A DNA stretch of 64,000 bases from an uncultured Oscillospiraceae bacterium (GTDB lineage Bacteria > Bacillota > Clostridia > Oscillospirales > Ruminococcaceae): NCBI GenBank assembly GCA_964370185.1, contig CAYJIJ010000003.1:2349-66348 (forward strand). Reading direction: 5' to 3'. A model generated the notes under the pieces. It was not told the DNA's origin and searched no databases. It worked only from the letters and a program-made list of their open reading frames with translations. The position numbers and the translations under genes were made by a program. Positions 16,141 through 25,585 of the stretch are shown here, one piece after another (position 1 is the stretch's first letter; each line of letters begins with the position of its first letter).

Positions 16141-17469
16141 TTATAGCACAAAAATATTAGAAATGCCATATTTTTTCAGTGAAATTTTTACTTTTTCATC
16201 AATTTTTTCTCCAGGTACGGTTATGGGAATTCCAGGTGGGCATCTGCTCACAAGCTCAGCGGCAACTTCTCCCACAGCGCTCTCCACTGAAATACTTCTT
16301 TTAGCGGAGAAGATAGCTTTTTGTATGCTCATAACCCTTTCGCCTGCGTGGGGCAGGGCTTCTTCTAAAATAACCAAATTTGATTTTCTTTTAATTTCGC
16401 TTAGCATCTTTTCCACTGCATAGAGCTCTTCAGGTTTATTCTTAGCCGAGGGTAGGAGCACACAGTAATTATCACTGATATACTCATGCTCTATATTATA
16501 CTCTGAAAGCAGTGCTAAAAATTCCTCTTTTCTATATCCAAGACCACAAAATCCAAGCGCAAGACGGGTGGGGTCGCACACACCCTCAGGAAGAAAAAAT
16601 CCCCTATCATTGGCGAGTTTTTTCATATTGCCAACGAATTCTATGGTTTCCCAAATGTCTTTTACCGCATTATCATTTATATACTGCAAATTTAAATCGA
16701 CCGATAGCATTATTAAATAACTTGGACTTGTAGAGCCGAAAATACTCATGGCAGATTTAGCGCAATCAAGATATTTTTCATTGCCTATATGCAAAAGCGC
16801 ACCACCTGTGAGCACTGGCATGGTTTTGTGCAATGAGTCACAGCAGATATCCGCTCCAAGGCTCATCGGGTGCAGGCTTTGGGGCAGAAAATTCAGATGG
16901 CTTCCATGGGCATTATCCACTATCAGTGGCACATCATATTCGGTGCAGACTTCTTTAATTCCCCTAATATCGCTTATCACACCAAAATAATCGGGACTTG
17001 TTATATATACAGCGGAGGCATTTGGGCAGCTCTTTAAAGCCGTTCTTATATCGTCGGGGGAAATTCTACCGCACAGTCCCTTTCCTGCATCGCTCTTAGG
17101 ATACACCCAAAATGGAGTAAGCCCTAAAAGTCCCATGGCGTTCACCGCAGATATATGTATATTCCTACCACAAACTATACTGCCATTTTCCTTGGCAACC
17201 ATTGCAAGCATAGCCTGTATGCAAAGAGTGCTACCCCCTGCTGAAATACAGCTTTTTTTACTGCCATATATCTCAGAATAGAGCTCCTCACATTCCTTTA
17301 TGGCGCCATCACATTCATAAAGGCTGTCCGCACCACGAACTTCCGTTATGTCGTACTTTGCGGCGTCACTTAAAAAGTCGGGGAGCATACCTTTGTGCCC
17401 CGGCATATGCATACGGGAATAGTTTTTGTCCAAATATTCTGAAACAGCTTTGTAAAGCGGTGTTTGCAT
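16141..17469 (-). CDS. Orn/Lys/Arg decarboxylase-family PLP enzyme (YaaO-like)
   Basis: MQTPLYKAVSEYL...MPGHKG...DSLHKT (PLP lysine). Start chosen at ATG 17469 (GGGAGA RBS); the ORF extends to 17526. Confidence 0.75.
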   Translation of the reverse strand: MQTPLYKAVSEYLDKNYSRMHMPGHKGMLPDFLSDAAKYDITEVRGADSLYECDGAIKECEELYSEIYGSKKSCISAGGSTLCIQAMLAMVAKENGSIVCGRNIHISAVNAMGLLGLTPFWVYPKSDAGKGLCGRISPDDIRTALKSCPNASAVYITSPDYFGVISDIRGIKEVCTEYDVPLIVDNAHGSHLNFLPQSLHPMSLGADICCDSLHKTMPVLTGGALLHIGNEKYLDCAKSAMSIFGSTSPSYLIMLSVDLNLQYINDNAVKDIWETIEFVGNMKKLANDRGFFLPEGVCDPTRLALGFCGLGYRKEEFLALLSEYNIEHEYISDNYCVLLPSAKNKPEELYAVEKMLSEIKRKSNLVILEEALPHAGERVMSIQKAIFSAKRSISVESAVGEVAAELVSRCPPGIPITVPGEKIDEKVKISLKKYGISNIFVL

Positions 17470-17703
17470 GGCAATCATCTCCCAATTCAGTGTTGTAAAG
17501 GCATTTGTTTTTCGGATATAATCCAAATATAAATTTATCCATTCAGTGCTTTCTTATATATGCTTTTTCTAAAAGTGAGCTTTGTGCACAAATACTTAAA
17601 TCAGCAAGCCTACATAAAATTATTTTAACACACAAAGTCATGGATTGACAAGCTTGCACCGTTGCGGTTATACTGAATTGTAAAAAAAATTGCACCGAGG
17701 GAG

Positions 17704-18540
17704 GTGGCGCAACTGCAAGGGATAAGAGAGCTTTTTTTAAAGCAATCTGTTGAATATGTTGGGGTATGTCTTTTAGAGGAAATACAGCCACTGATAAAAT
17801 GCCGTGCAATAAGCAGACTGCCCAAGGAAGCACATAGCGTAATCACTGCACTTTTCCCCTATTACACGGGCAGTTATCCCGAAAAAAATATATCGAGGTA
17901 TACACTGGGGAAAGATTATCATAATATAGTGAGCGATATACTAAAAGAAATATCGGCAAGCCTTAAACTGAAATACCCCCAAAACGATTTCCAGCCTTTT
18001 TGCGACATTTCACCGATAAACGAAGTGCTCGCCGCTCAAAAAAGCGGACTTGGCGTCGTGGGGAGAAATAATCAGCTTATAAATGAAAAATACGGCTCAT
18101 ATGTCTTTGTTGGGTGCATAGTAACTGATTTAAAGCTTAATCCTACCGCACCTAAAGAGGGAAGTTGCCTAAACTGCGCACTCTGCATAAAGCATTGCCC
18201 AACAAAGGCTTTAGGGCAAAATTTTTGCAAGGATATATGCCTTTCACACATCACACAAAAAAAGGGTGAGCTCACAGAAACCGAAGCGGAGCTTGTGAAA
18301 AAAGGTGGGCTTATTTGGGGGTGCGATGTCTGTACGGACATATGCCCGATGAATAAAAATCCGATAATCACACCGATAAATAGATTTAAAGAGAATATAA
18401 TTCCCATAATAAATGAGGATAATATATCGGAGGCAATATCCGAAAAAGCACTCGGTTATCGTGGGAGAGCAGTTTTAGAGCGCAATATGCAGATAGTTGC
18501 AAAAGTGCCAACGGATGCCAAAAATTTTACCAATCGTTGA
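17704..18540 (+). CDS. queG: Epoxyqueuosine reductase-like (QueG family, short form) Fe-S protein
   Basis: DUF1730-like N-terminus plus ferredoxin motifs CLNCALCIKHCP and CDVCTDICPMN. GTG start at 17704. Confidence 0.6.
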   Translation: MAQLQGIRELFLKQSVEYVGVCLLEEIQPLIKCRAISRLPKEAHSVITALFPYYTGSYPEKNISRYTLGKDYHNIVSDILKEISASLKLKYPQNDFQPFCDISPINEVLAAQKSGLGVVGRNNQLINEKYGSYVFVGCIVTDLKLNPTAPKEGSCLNCALCIKHCPTKALGQNFCKDICLSHITQKKGELTETEAELVKKGGLIWGCDVCTDICPMNKNPIITPINRFKENIIPIINEDNISEAISEKALGYRGRAVLERNMQIVAKVPTDAKNFTNR

Positions 18541-18861
18541 TTTTTCCATATTTTTCACTGCCTGTGGCGGAGGGGAAATGGAGTAAAATTATATTAAGCC
18601 ATTTACTTTGGATAGTTTTAGTTAAATGACTGTTATTATAGCTAAAACTGTGGTAGAATAATAAAAGCAAAGCCCCCTTAACAAAAATATACTACTTAAA
18701 ATATAATGGATATATAACAAATGCTATTTAATGTCAATAATTTTTAGCAGTCGGATATTTTTGCACACTCATATACCGCAGGCGGTGGACAAATGTGCAG
18801 GAAATTTGGCTTAAGCTCTTGGCATTGCAAAGCTATTACAATCAAGCTGAGGAGTGACACA

Positions 18862-19917
18862 ATGGAGATACTTACCCCCGATAAATATGAGGAGCTCGAC
18901 GCCTTTGTGGCATCGCATAAAAATGGCGGATTTACACAGCTCTCGAGCTGGCGACATGTAAAAAACAACTGGGGATTTGAGGCGGTAGTCAGCCGAAATG
19001 ATGCAGGCGAAATAATAGGCTCCATGAGTATGCTAATACAAAAAATACCCTTTATCGGCACATCCTTTGTGTATGCGCCAAGAGGGCCTGTCTGCGATTT
19101 AAACGATGCAAAAGTGCTCACTGATTTAAAAGCAGGGGCGGATATGGTGGCGAAAAAACATAATGCACATGCGCTGAAAATAGATCCCGACACACTCATG
19201 GCGGACGAAGAATTCATAAAAATCGCCAAGGAAATGGGCTTTGTGCAGTTTGCAGGCCCCGATGGCTTTGAGACCATACAGGCACGATTTAATTACCGCC
19301 TTTACTTAAATGAGCGAAGTGAAGAGCAAATTCTCGCCGACCTAAACCAAAAATGCAGGTACAATATACGAGTGGCAGAGAAAAAGGGAGTGCAGGTGAG
19401 GCATGTTGGCAAAGAATATCTTGACGATTTTATCAGAATAATGCAGGTGACAGGTGAGCGTGACGGCTTTATCACAAGGCCTAAAATCTATTTTGAGAGA
19501 ATGCTCGACGCACTCGGCGAAAATGTAAGACTTTATGTGGGATTTTATCAAGACGAAGTGATATGCGGTGCCATCACCACAAATGTGGGGGGGAAATGCT
19601 GTTATGTATATGGCGCTTCCGATAATCAGCATAGAAATGTAATGCCAAATTATCTAATGCAGTGGGAGATGATTAAATGGGCGGTACAAACAAACTGCTT
19701 TGTTTACGACTTCCAAGGAGTATCGGGCATTATGGATGAAAGCCGACCCATCCATGGGCTTTATCGCTTTAAAAAAGGCTTTAATGGCACACTTGAAGAG
19801 CTTGCAGGAGAATTTGACTTCACATATAAGCCATTTAAATCTAAAATGGTGGATTATGCACTTAGTCTTAATACATTCACAAGAAAACTTAAAAAGAAGC
19901 TTAAATCAAGGGGATAA
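18862..19917 (+). CDS. FemAB-family peptidoglycan interpeptide-bridge aminoacyltransferase
   Basis: MEILTPDKYEELDAFV...GGFTQLSSW...YRFKKGF matches the FemAB family. GAGGAG RBS before ATG 18862. Confidence 0.75.
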   Translation: MEILTPDKYEELDAFVASHKNGGFTQLSSWRHVKNNWGFEAVVSRNDAGEIIGSMSMLIQKIPFIGTSFVYAPRGPVCDLNDAKVLTDLKAGADMVAKKHNAHALKIDPDTLMADEEFIKIAKEMGFVQFAGPDGFETIQARFNYRLYLNERSEEQILADLNQKCRYNIRVAEKKGVQVRHVGKEYLDDFIRIMQVTGERDGFITRPKIYFERMLDALGENVRLYVGFYQDEVICGAITTNVGGKCCYVYGASDNQHRNVMPNYLMQWEMIKWAVQTNCFVYDFQGVSGIMDESRPIHGLYRFKKGFNGTLEELAGEFDFTYKPFKSKMVDYALSLNTFTRKLKKKLKSRG

Positions 19918-19936
19918 ATATAATAATTTAGTTATT

Positions 19937-19965
19937 GTAGGGGTGGTTGAGAATGCCACCCCTAC
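19937..19965 (+). terminator. GC-rich hairpin after the femAB-like gene; REP-like (GTAGGGGTGG...CCACCCCTAC)
   Basis: 10-bp perfect stem gtaggggtgg / ccacccctac with a 9-nt loop, then a weak T-rich tail. The first 10 nt are identical to the REP-like site at 56479. Confidence 0.5.
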
Positions 19966-20190
19966 ACTTTATTGTTTAACATAATTTTTACATTGCATCA
20001 CAGCAATAGCGCATTGATTTATCAAGTATTACAGGCAGTGTAGAGGCTGATTTTGGCACAGTATTTATCAGTTATGACAATTAAACCACTAAAATCCATC
20101 CCCTTTTTTTCTTGCGAAGAATGTTAAATTATGATAAAATTAATATTTGTAATGGTAAAGCCAATATTTTAAAAAAGGAAGGTGTGGAGT

Positions 20191-21675
20191 ATGAAAAAAA
20201 TAGGATTTGACAATGAAGTTTATATGCGTGAACAGGTAAAACGCATAAAAGAGAGAGTTAACAGATTCGGTGGGAAACTTTATTTGGAGTTTGGCGGAAA
20301 GCTTTTTGATGACTATCATGCGGCGAGAGTATTGCCGGGTTTTGATGTAAACGGCAAGGTTAAAATGCTTTGTGAGATGAAAGACCAAGCAGAAATCATA
20401 CTCTGCATAAGTGCTACGTCAATTGAGAAAAATAAAATGAGGTCGGACATAGGCATCACCTACGACATGGAAGTGCTACGACTGATAGACAGCCTCAGAA
20501 AGATGGATTTGTACATAGGCTCGGTGCTAATCACCCAGTTTACAGGACAACCCTCGGCGGACATATTCCGCAAAAAGCTCGAGATGAGGGGGGAGCGTGT
20601 ATATATTCACGCACTCACAGAAGGCTATCCCTCGAATGTTGATGTTATAGTATCCGAAAAGGGATATGGAGCAAACCCATACATAGAAACCACAAGACCG
20701 CTTGTAGTGGTTACTGCACCGGGGCCTGGAAGTGGAAAGCTTGCAACCTGTCTTTCACAGCTTTATCATGAACAACAAAGGGGAGTAACCGCAGGATATG
20801 CAAAATATGAAACCTTCCCCGTGTGGAGCTTACCGCTTGATCATCCTGTGAATGTGGCATACGAAGCGGCAACAGCAGACCTTAAAGATGTAAACATGAT
20901 AGACCCATTCCACCTAAATGCCTACAATGAAACAGCTGTAAACTACAATAGAGATATAGAAGCGTTCCCCGTGGTAAGAACTATTTTAAATAGGATTTTG
21001 GGCGGTGAAGTATATAAATCACCCACCGACATGGGTGTAAATATGATAGGCATCAGCATTGCCGACGATGATGTGGTAAGAAAAGCGGCGTGTCAGGAAA
21101 TAATTAGGCGTTGGTACAGAGTGCAATGCGATTACCGCAAGGGGATAGGCGATTTAGAAGCCTGCCAAAAGCTGGAGTACCTTATGATTTCACTTGGACT
21201 GACGAGTGAGGACAGACCAGCAATAGCTCCCGCAGTAAAAAAAGCGGAAGAATGTGGTGGAAGCGCAGTGGCAATGGAGCTTGCAGATGGCACTATTGTA
21301 ACAGGCAAATCCTCCGATTTAATGAACGACACTGCGGCAGTGGTGCTAAACTCTATAAAACATCTTGCTAAAATTGATGATGACACCATGCTGATATCAA
21401 GGGATGTTCTTTCTCCGATTATTAAGATGAAGCAGGAGGTACTTGGAAGCAGAAGACCGATATTAAAGCTTGAAGAGGTGCTTCAGGCACTTTCAGTATC
21501 GGCGGTTACCGATTCAACAGCGGCACTCGCAATGAGCAAACTCACCGAGCTAAGAGGATGCGAAGCGCACAGCTCGGACATAATAACCCACTCCGACTCG
21601 GCAACATTTTTAAAACTTGGGATAAACTGCACCTGTGAGCCAAGGTTCCCCACAAAGGATTTATACTTTAGGTAG
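20191..21675 (+). CDS. DUF1846 / UPF0371 family protein
   Basis: MKKIGFDNEVYMREQVKRIKERV...GGKLYLEFGGKLFDDYHAARVLPGF is characteristic of UPF0371. 494 aa. Confidence 0.75.
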   Translation: MKKIGFDNEVYMREQVKRIKERVNRFGGKLYLEFGGKLFDDYHAARVLPGFDVNGKVKMLCEMKDQAEIILCISATSIEKNKMRSDIGITYDMEVLRLIDSLRKMDLYIGSVLITQFTGQPSADIFRKKLEMRGERVYIHALTEGYPSNVDVIVSEKGYGANPYIETTRPLVVVTAPGPGSGKLATCLSQLYHEQQRGVTAGYAKYETFPVWSLPLDHPVNVAYEAATADLKDVNMIDPFHLNAYNETAVNYNRDIEAFPVVRTILNRILGGEVYKSPTDMGVNMIGISIADDDVVRKAACQEIIRRWYRVQCDYRKGIGDLEACQKLEYLMISLGLTSEDRPAIAPAVKKAEECGGSAVAMELADGTIVTGKSSDLMNDTAAVVLNSIKHLAKIDDDTMLISRDVLSPIIKMKQEVLGSRRPILKLEEVLQALSVSAVTDSTAALAMSKLTELRGCEAHSSDIITHSDSATFLKLGINCTCEPRFPTKDLYFR

Positions 21676-21697
21676 GAGTTTATAATCAAAATTATCA

Positions 21698-21741
21698 TTA
21701 TCTTTCCCGTTTTATTATTAAGTGGGAAAGATAATTTTTTT
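21698..21741 (+). terminator. Rho-independent terminator
   Basis: ttatctttccc / gggaaagataa stem followed by ttttttt. Confidence 0.8.
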
Positions 21742-21845
21742 GCCTATTAAAAATAATTATCACGGGCTATTCCCATAAGCAATAAGTGAAATTTCATAGC
21801 ACAAAAATAAAAAAATCCAGATGTAGAGGCATAGCAAATTTTTTA

Positions 21846-21874
21846 TTGACAAAATTTAATTATTTGCATATAAT
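21846..21874 (+). promoter_or_regulatory. Consensus sigma-70 promoter of the arsR-like gene
   Basis: TTGACA (21846-21851), 17-nt spacer, TATAAT (21869-21874). Confidence 0.65.
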
Positions 21875-21894
21875 AAAACTATAAAATTAGTTTT
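21875..21894. promoter_or_regulatory. Putative ArsR-family operator 1 (quasi-palindrome abutting the -10 box)
   Basis: aaaactataaaattagtttt contains the 7-bp inverted repeat AAAACTA/TAGTTTT. An 18/20 inverted match lies at 22270-22289. Confidence 0.5.
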
Positions 21895-21932
21895 GTAAAA
21901 CTGAACTCTTGCCAAAGGATGTGAAAACAAGT

Positions 21933-22199
21933 ATGGAAAAAGATAATTTTCACTTAATATTTAAAGGCCTTGCCGACCCACATAGAATAAAAATTCTTCA
22001 AATACTTCTAATGGGCGAAGAGTGTAACTGCAATTTAAGCGAAAAAATTGATATGCCACTTTCAACCTTAGCGCATCATTTAAAAGTATTAACCAATGCA
22101 AATTTGCTAATCCCACGAAAAGATGGAAAATGGACTTATTACACACTCAACAAAGAGCAGTTTGAAAAAGCGATTGAAATTTTAAATAAATTCGTTTAA
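21933..22199 (+). CDS. ArsR/SmtB-family metalloregulatory repressor
   Basis: FKGLADPHRIKILQILLMGEECNCNL...LSTLAHHLKVLTNANLL shows the wHTH fold with a CxC metal(loid)-site motif. Confidence 0.85.
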   Translation: MEKDNFHLIFKGLADPHRIKILQILLMGEECNCNLSEKIDMPLSTLAHHLKVLTNANLLIPRKDGKWTYYTLNKEQFEKAIEILNKFV

Positions 22200-22269
22200 A
22201 TAGTGAAAGCAAATTCTGCCATACTAACCACACTGCAAAGTGTGGTTTTGATAGGACAAACAATTCGTA

Positions 22270-22289
22270 AAAATTAGTTTTATAGTTTT
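22270..22289. promoter_or_regulatory. Putative ArsR-family operator 2, upstream of the permease gene
   Basis: aaaattagttttatagtttt matches the reverse complement of operator 1 at 18 of 20 positions. Confidence 0.45.
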
Positions 22290-22415
22290 GAAGAGAGAAT
22301 ATTATGTGTACATGCGGAAGAAATTTTAGATGCAGAAGCCAGTAGTGATTATTGTATTGTCTAATAATCAATTAAGTAAAAAAACCAACAATAACATTTT
22401 ACGGAGGACTTCATT

Positions 22416-23576
22416 ATGCAACAACAAATCATAGTTTTTTTTACAAATATTTTAACACCAATCGGCATAACAGAGCCAATGGTGGGCAATGTGCTCGGGA
22501 CATTTGTATTTTTATTCGGGGAGTTAATGCTTCTATTTATTCTCATAAGCTTCTTTGTAGGGCTACTGCAAAGCTATATTTCAAGGGATAAAATCCAAAA
22601 AGCACTCACCACAAAATACAGGTTTTTAAACAGTATACTCGGCGCAGTGCTCGGCTCAATTACACCATTTTGCTCCTGCTCCACAATACCGCTTTTGGTG
22701 GGGCTTAGAAAAAGCAGGGCGCCCTTTGCAGGGATGGTATCATTTCTCCTAACATCACCGATACTAAATCCAATGATAATAATTATCTTTTTTGGTTTCT
22801 TTGGCTTTGTGCCAACGCTTTTATATGCAGGAATTGCACTGATATTTGCTATTGTGGTAGGGTATATTTTAGATAGGCTCGGATTTGAGAGATATTTTAA
22901 AGATGCCAATATAGAAAATTACGATGAAAATGCAAGCTGTTGCAGCACAGCAAGCGCGGAACAGCCAGAGGGAGTTTTACACTCAGAAACAGCAAGCGCA
23001 GAAAGTCCCTACTGTGAAACTGTGCAGCCTGAGGCAAATTGCTGCTCTGGCACAGCCGAGATAAACACAAGCTGCTGTCCGTCGACACAGGAGGAAGAGG
23101 TCGGTTGTTGTGATTCCACCGACATGTCTTTCAAGGCGCAAACAGGCACCGATTTCCAAAGGCATCTAAAAGTTTGGAAATATTCGCTAAAAGATGCTTG
23201 GGGGCAGTTTAAAAAGATAACGCTTTACCTGCTTTTTGGCGCAGGAATAGGCTCATTTATTTATGGATTTGTTCCGTCGGAATTATTGGTGCAAGTTGCG
23301 GGTGAGCAAAATCCGTTTGCAGTGCCGATTGCTGCCGTATTAGGTGTTCCGATGTATATTAGAACCGAAGCTGTATTGCCGCTTGCGAATATGCTTATTG
23401 GTCAAGGTGTTTCGCTCGGTACAATGGTTGCACTCATAATCGGTGGCGCAGGGGCGAGTATTCCAGAAGTGTCCCTGCTTAGCACATTATTTAAAAAGCA
23501 GTTCATCATCACTTTCCTAATTTGCATATTCACAGTTGCAGTAATTTCAGGATATGCATTTAATATTTTGATATAG
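22416..23576 (+). CDS. ArsP-like permease (PF03773-type) with a Cys-rich central loop
   Basis: The ITPFCSCSTIPLL motif is typical of the ArsP / predicted-permease family. Hydrophilic loop with four CC doublets (SCCST, NCCSG, SCCPS, GCCDS). GGAGG RBS. Confidence 0.7.
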   Translation: MQQQIIVFFTNILTPIGITEPMVGNVLGTFVFLFGELMLLFILISFFVGLLQSYISRDKIQKALTTKYRFLNSILGAVLGSITPFCSCSTIPLLVGLRKSRAPFAGMVSFLLTSPILNPMIIIIFFGFFGFVPTLLYAGIALIFAIVVGYILDRLGFERYFKDANIENYDENASCCSTASAEQPEGVLHSETASAESPYCETVQPEANCCSGTAEINTSCCPSTQEEEVGCCDSTDMSFKAQTGTDFQRHLKVWKYSLKDAWGQFKKITLYLLFGAGIGSFIYGFVPSELLVQVAGEQNPFAVPIAAVLGVPMYIRTEAVLPLANMLIGQGVSLGTMVALIIGGAGASIPEVSLLSTLFKKQFIITFLICIFTVAVISGYAFNILI

Positions 23577-23602
23577 GATATTAAGATTTAATTACACACA
23601 AA

Positions 23603-23631
23603 AAGATGCCACCGCCATAGGCGGTGGCATC
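23603..23631. repeat. 29-nt palindromic hairpin, copy 1
   Basis: aagatgccaccgccataggcggtggcatc. Identical copy at 23833-23861. A T-run follows on the minus strand. Confidence 0.9.
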
Positions 23632-23832
23632 AGACTGTCAAAAAACCCGCAAACTCAAAAATCTCTGCGCTTTTGGCAGAGATTTTTGCTTGCAGTGTCA
23701 CTTAAAACATGCAAATTTCGTTCATATACCATCGTATTATTCTCTTATTTGCAAGTTTAGTTCCTTGCCTTGCGAATTTTTTGATAGCCTGACAGCGTGT
23801 TCAAAAAAGGAAGGACTTTTTTGAACACGCAG

Positions 23833-23861
23833 AAGATGCCACCGCCATAGGCGGTGGCATC
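23833..23861. repeat. 29-nt palindromic hairpin, copy 2
   Basis: Identical to 23603-23631. A T-run follows on the plus strand. Confidence 0.9.
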
Positions 23862-23920
23862 TTTTGATTATCAAAGAAAATAGTCGCTTGAGACAGATTC
23901 ACTTTTCACTAATAAATAAT

Positions 23921-24562
23921 CTACTTAGTAATCTCTGTTACTGTAATTTCAGTCAGTCCGAAAGTGTTTGAGAGTGTATCGCCAAGCGCATCCACATCCC
24001 CAAAGGAAGACATGAGTACCACATTGCCGGTAGCAGTTACTACATTGTCGCCATTTGGAAGAAAGGAAACAATGCCACCATATTCACCATCAAAGCTATA
24101 TAGATATATTATCGGCTCCGTGGGTGCTTCGGAGCTTAAAAAAGCATCGTTTTCGGTGAGCATGGAGGAGACAACTAAAAGATCGGATCCACTCATGCCA
24201 TTTATAAGGGAGGGAAGTGAAGCGGTAAATTTGTTTTCTACAATCTTAAGTACTTCTTCGGATAAGATTATATCCGATTGCTCGCTGAGCATATTATACA
24301 TCGCATCCGAGGCACCCTCTATTTTGTGCACAGAAGTTGGCGTGGAAAAATCTGTGGAGGCAATACTTGCTACAATATCGTCAAATTCATCGGAATAGGT
24401 ATAAAAGCGTATGTAATCTTCATTGCTTGCAAGAGTGCCAATGTTTGTGAGTAACTCCATGCCTTTATCGTACAGTGTAATATCGTTTGAAGTGGCAGTA
24501 GTGCAACCACTCGCAGCGGGCATCATTAAAACGGATAATGCCAAAGCTAAAATTTTCTTCAT
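23921..24562 (-). CDS. Putative lipoprotein, function unknown
   Basis: Signal peptide plus lipobox MKKILALALSVLMMPAASGC. No domain recognised. Confidence 0.6.
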   Translation of the reverse strand: MKKILALALSVLMMPAASGCTTATSNDITLYDKGMELLTNIGTLASNEDYIRFYTYSDEFDDIVASIASTDFSTPTSVHKIEGASDAMYNMLSEQSDIILSEEVLKIVENKFTASLPSLINGMSGSDLLVVSSMLTENDAFLSSEAPTEPIIYLYSFDGEYGGIVSFLPNGDNVVTATGNVVLMSSFGDVDALGDTLSNTFGLTEITVTEITK

Positions 24563-24756
24563 ATTTATGACCATTCCTTTCTACTAAAGGCACAAAACAA
24601 CCATAAAAATGGTCATAAATGTGCCATGTTTTTCGGTTGTCAGGCTCGCCTGACGAGAAAAACGGTTTTTAAAATAACTAAAGTTTGAAATTTATTTTCA
24701 AACTTTTTCCTTCTCTATATGCTTTTGCATATTTTAGTTATTTTAAACACAGTGAT

Positions 24757-25470
24757 TTATCCTGCTGTCGAACCGCTGTCCACTGTTGGTAGCTCGGTGG
24801 TAATTGGCAGTATCTGCACGATTTTATAGCCATTTTGAGTTTCCTGCAAATGATAGCTCATGTATTTATCGGGGGTGGGCTCGTAGTCCTCATCATTTAT
24901 TGCAATCCCACCGAAGTTCTCAGTAGGAGGCACATATCCCACAGTTAGTGTTATCATGTCGCCCTGGGAGTCCATTTCGCTGATATAGGGAATGTAGAAT
25001 GAAGTAAGTCCCACTACGGGCACTTTGTAAAGTCCGCTCACCTCGTCGTAATAATATGTGGACTCAAAATCCCCGAATGTCTGATGGTTTATCACCGTAC
25101 TGCTTCCAAAAAGCGTAGCCGCTGCCACATCCACATCCGAGGCAGGAAGAAGTAGCATGCCGCTGTCGTCATTGCTGTATGTACCACGCTTTTCGCTTAA
25201 AAGGCATGACCATATGGAGGATAAGCGTATTAAATTTTCATCCGCATTTGTGACATCGTCAAAAGGTACAGGGTCAAACATCACCACGGGGGTGATAAAG
25301 GATTCAAGCTCATCTATTTCACCCGAGCGGTCGAAGAGTCTGATTGTCATATCCACGCTGAGCGAAACAAGTGTAATAGCCCCTACAACTGCAAGCACTA
25401 TAAGCGCAACACCTATCGAAGAAGCGTATCTATTTCTGCGACTTTTTTTAATCGGTTTACTGTTACTCAT
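24757..25470 (-). CDS. Membrane-anchored hypothetical protein
   Basis: N-terminal basic stretch plus one TM helix (IGVALIVLAVVGAITLVSL). No domain recognised. Confidence 0.5.
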   Translation of the reverse strand: MSNSKPIKKSRRNRYASSIGVALIVLAVVGAITLVSLSVDMTIRLFDRSGEIDELESFITPVVMFDPVPFDDVTNADENLIRLSSIWSCLLSEKRGTYSNDDSGMLLLPASDVDVAAATLFGSSTVINHQTFGDFESTYYYDEVSGLYKVPVVGLTSFYIPYISEMDSQGDMITLTVGYVPPTENFGGIAINDEDYEPTPDKYMSYHLQETQNGYKIVQILPITTELPTVDSGSTAG

Positions 25471-25585
25471 AAAAATTGATTATTCCTTTCAAGATAAATG
25501 ACTGATTTTTATTTTGCACCCGCATAAGGGAGCTCGCCCCCTCCATCACAGGCAGGGATACACAGAGAAATTCTTGCTAAAATGA

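Noticed and set aside
18744-19277. 177-aa minus-strand ORF overlapping the femAB-like gene. Similar long antisense ORFs lie at 50380-50931, 31219-31758, 55563-56003, 45758-46138 and 23964-24398
   Set aside because: Each lies antisense to a gene with clear family motifs. They have low-complexity Ser/Ile/Phe-rich composition, no RBS and no recognisable domains. These are typical shadow ORFs.
23624-23824. 66-aa Cys-rich ORF between the duplicated 29-nt hairpins
   Set aside because: It starts inside the hairpin, has no RBS and is composed of hairpin-derived sequence. It is more likely non-coding.
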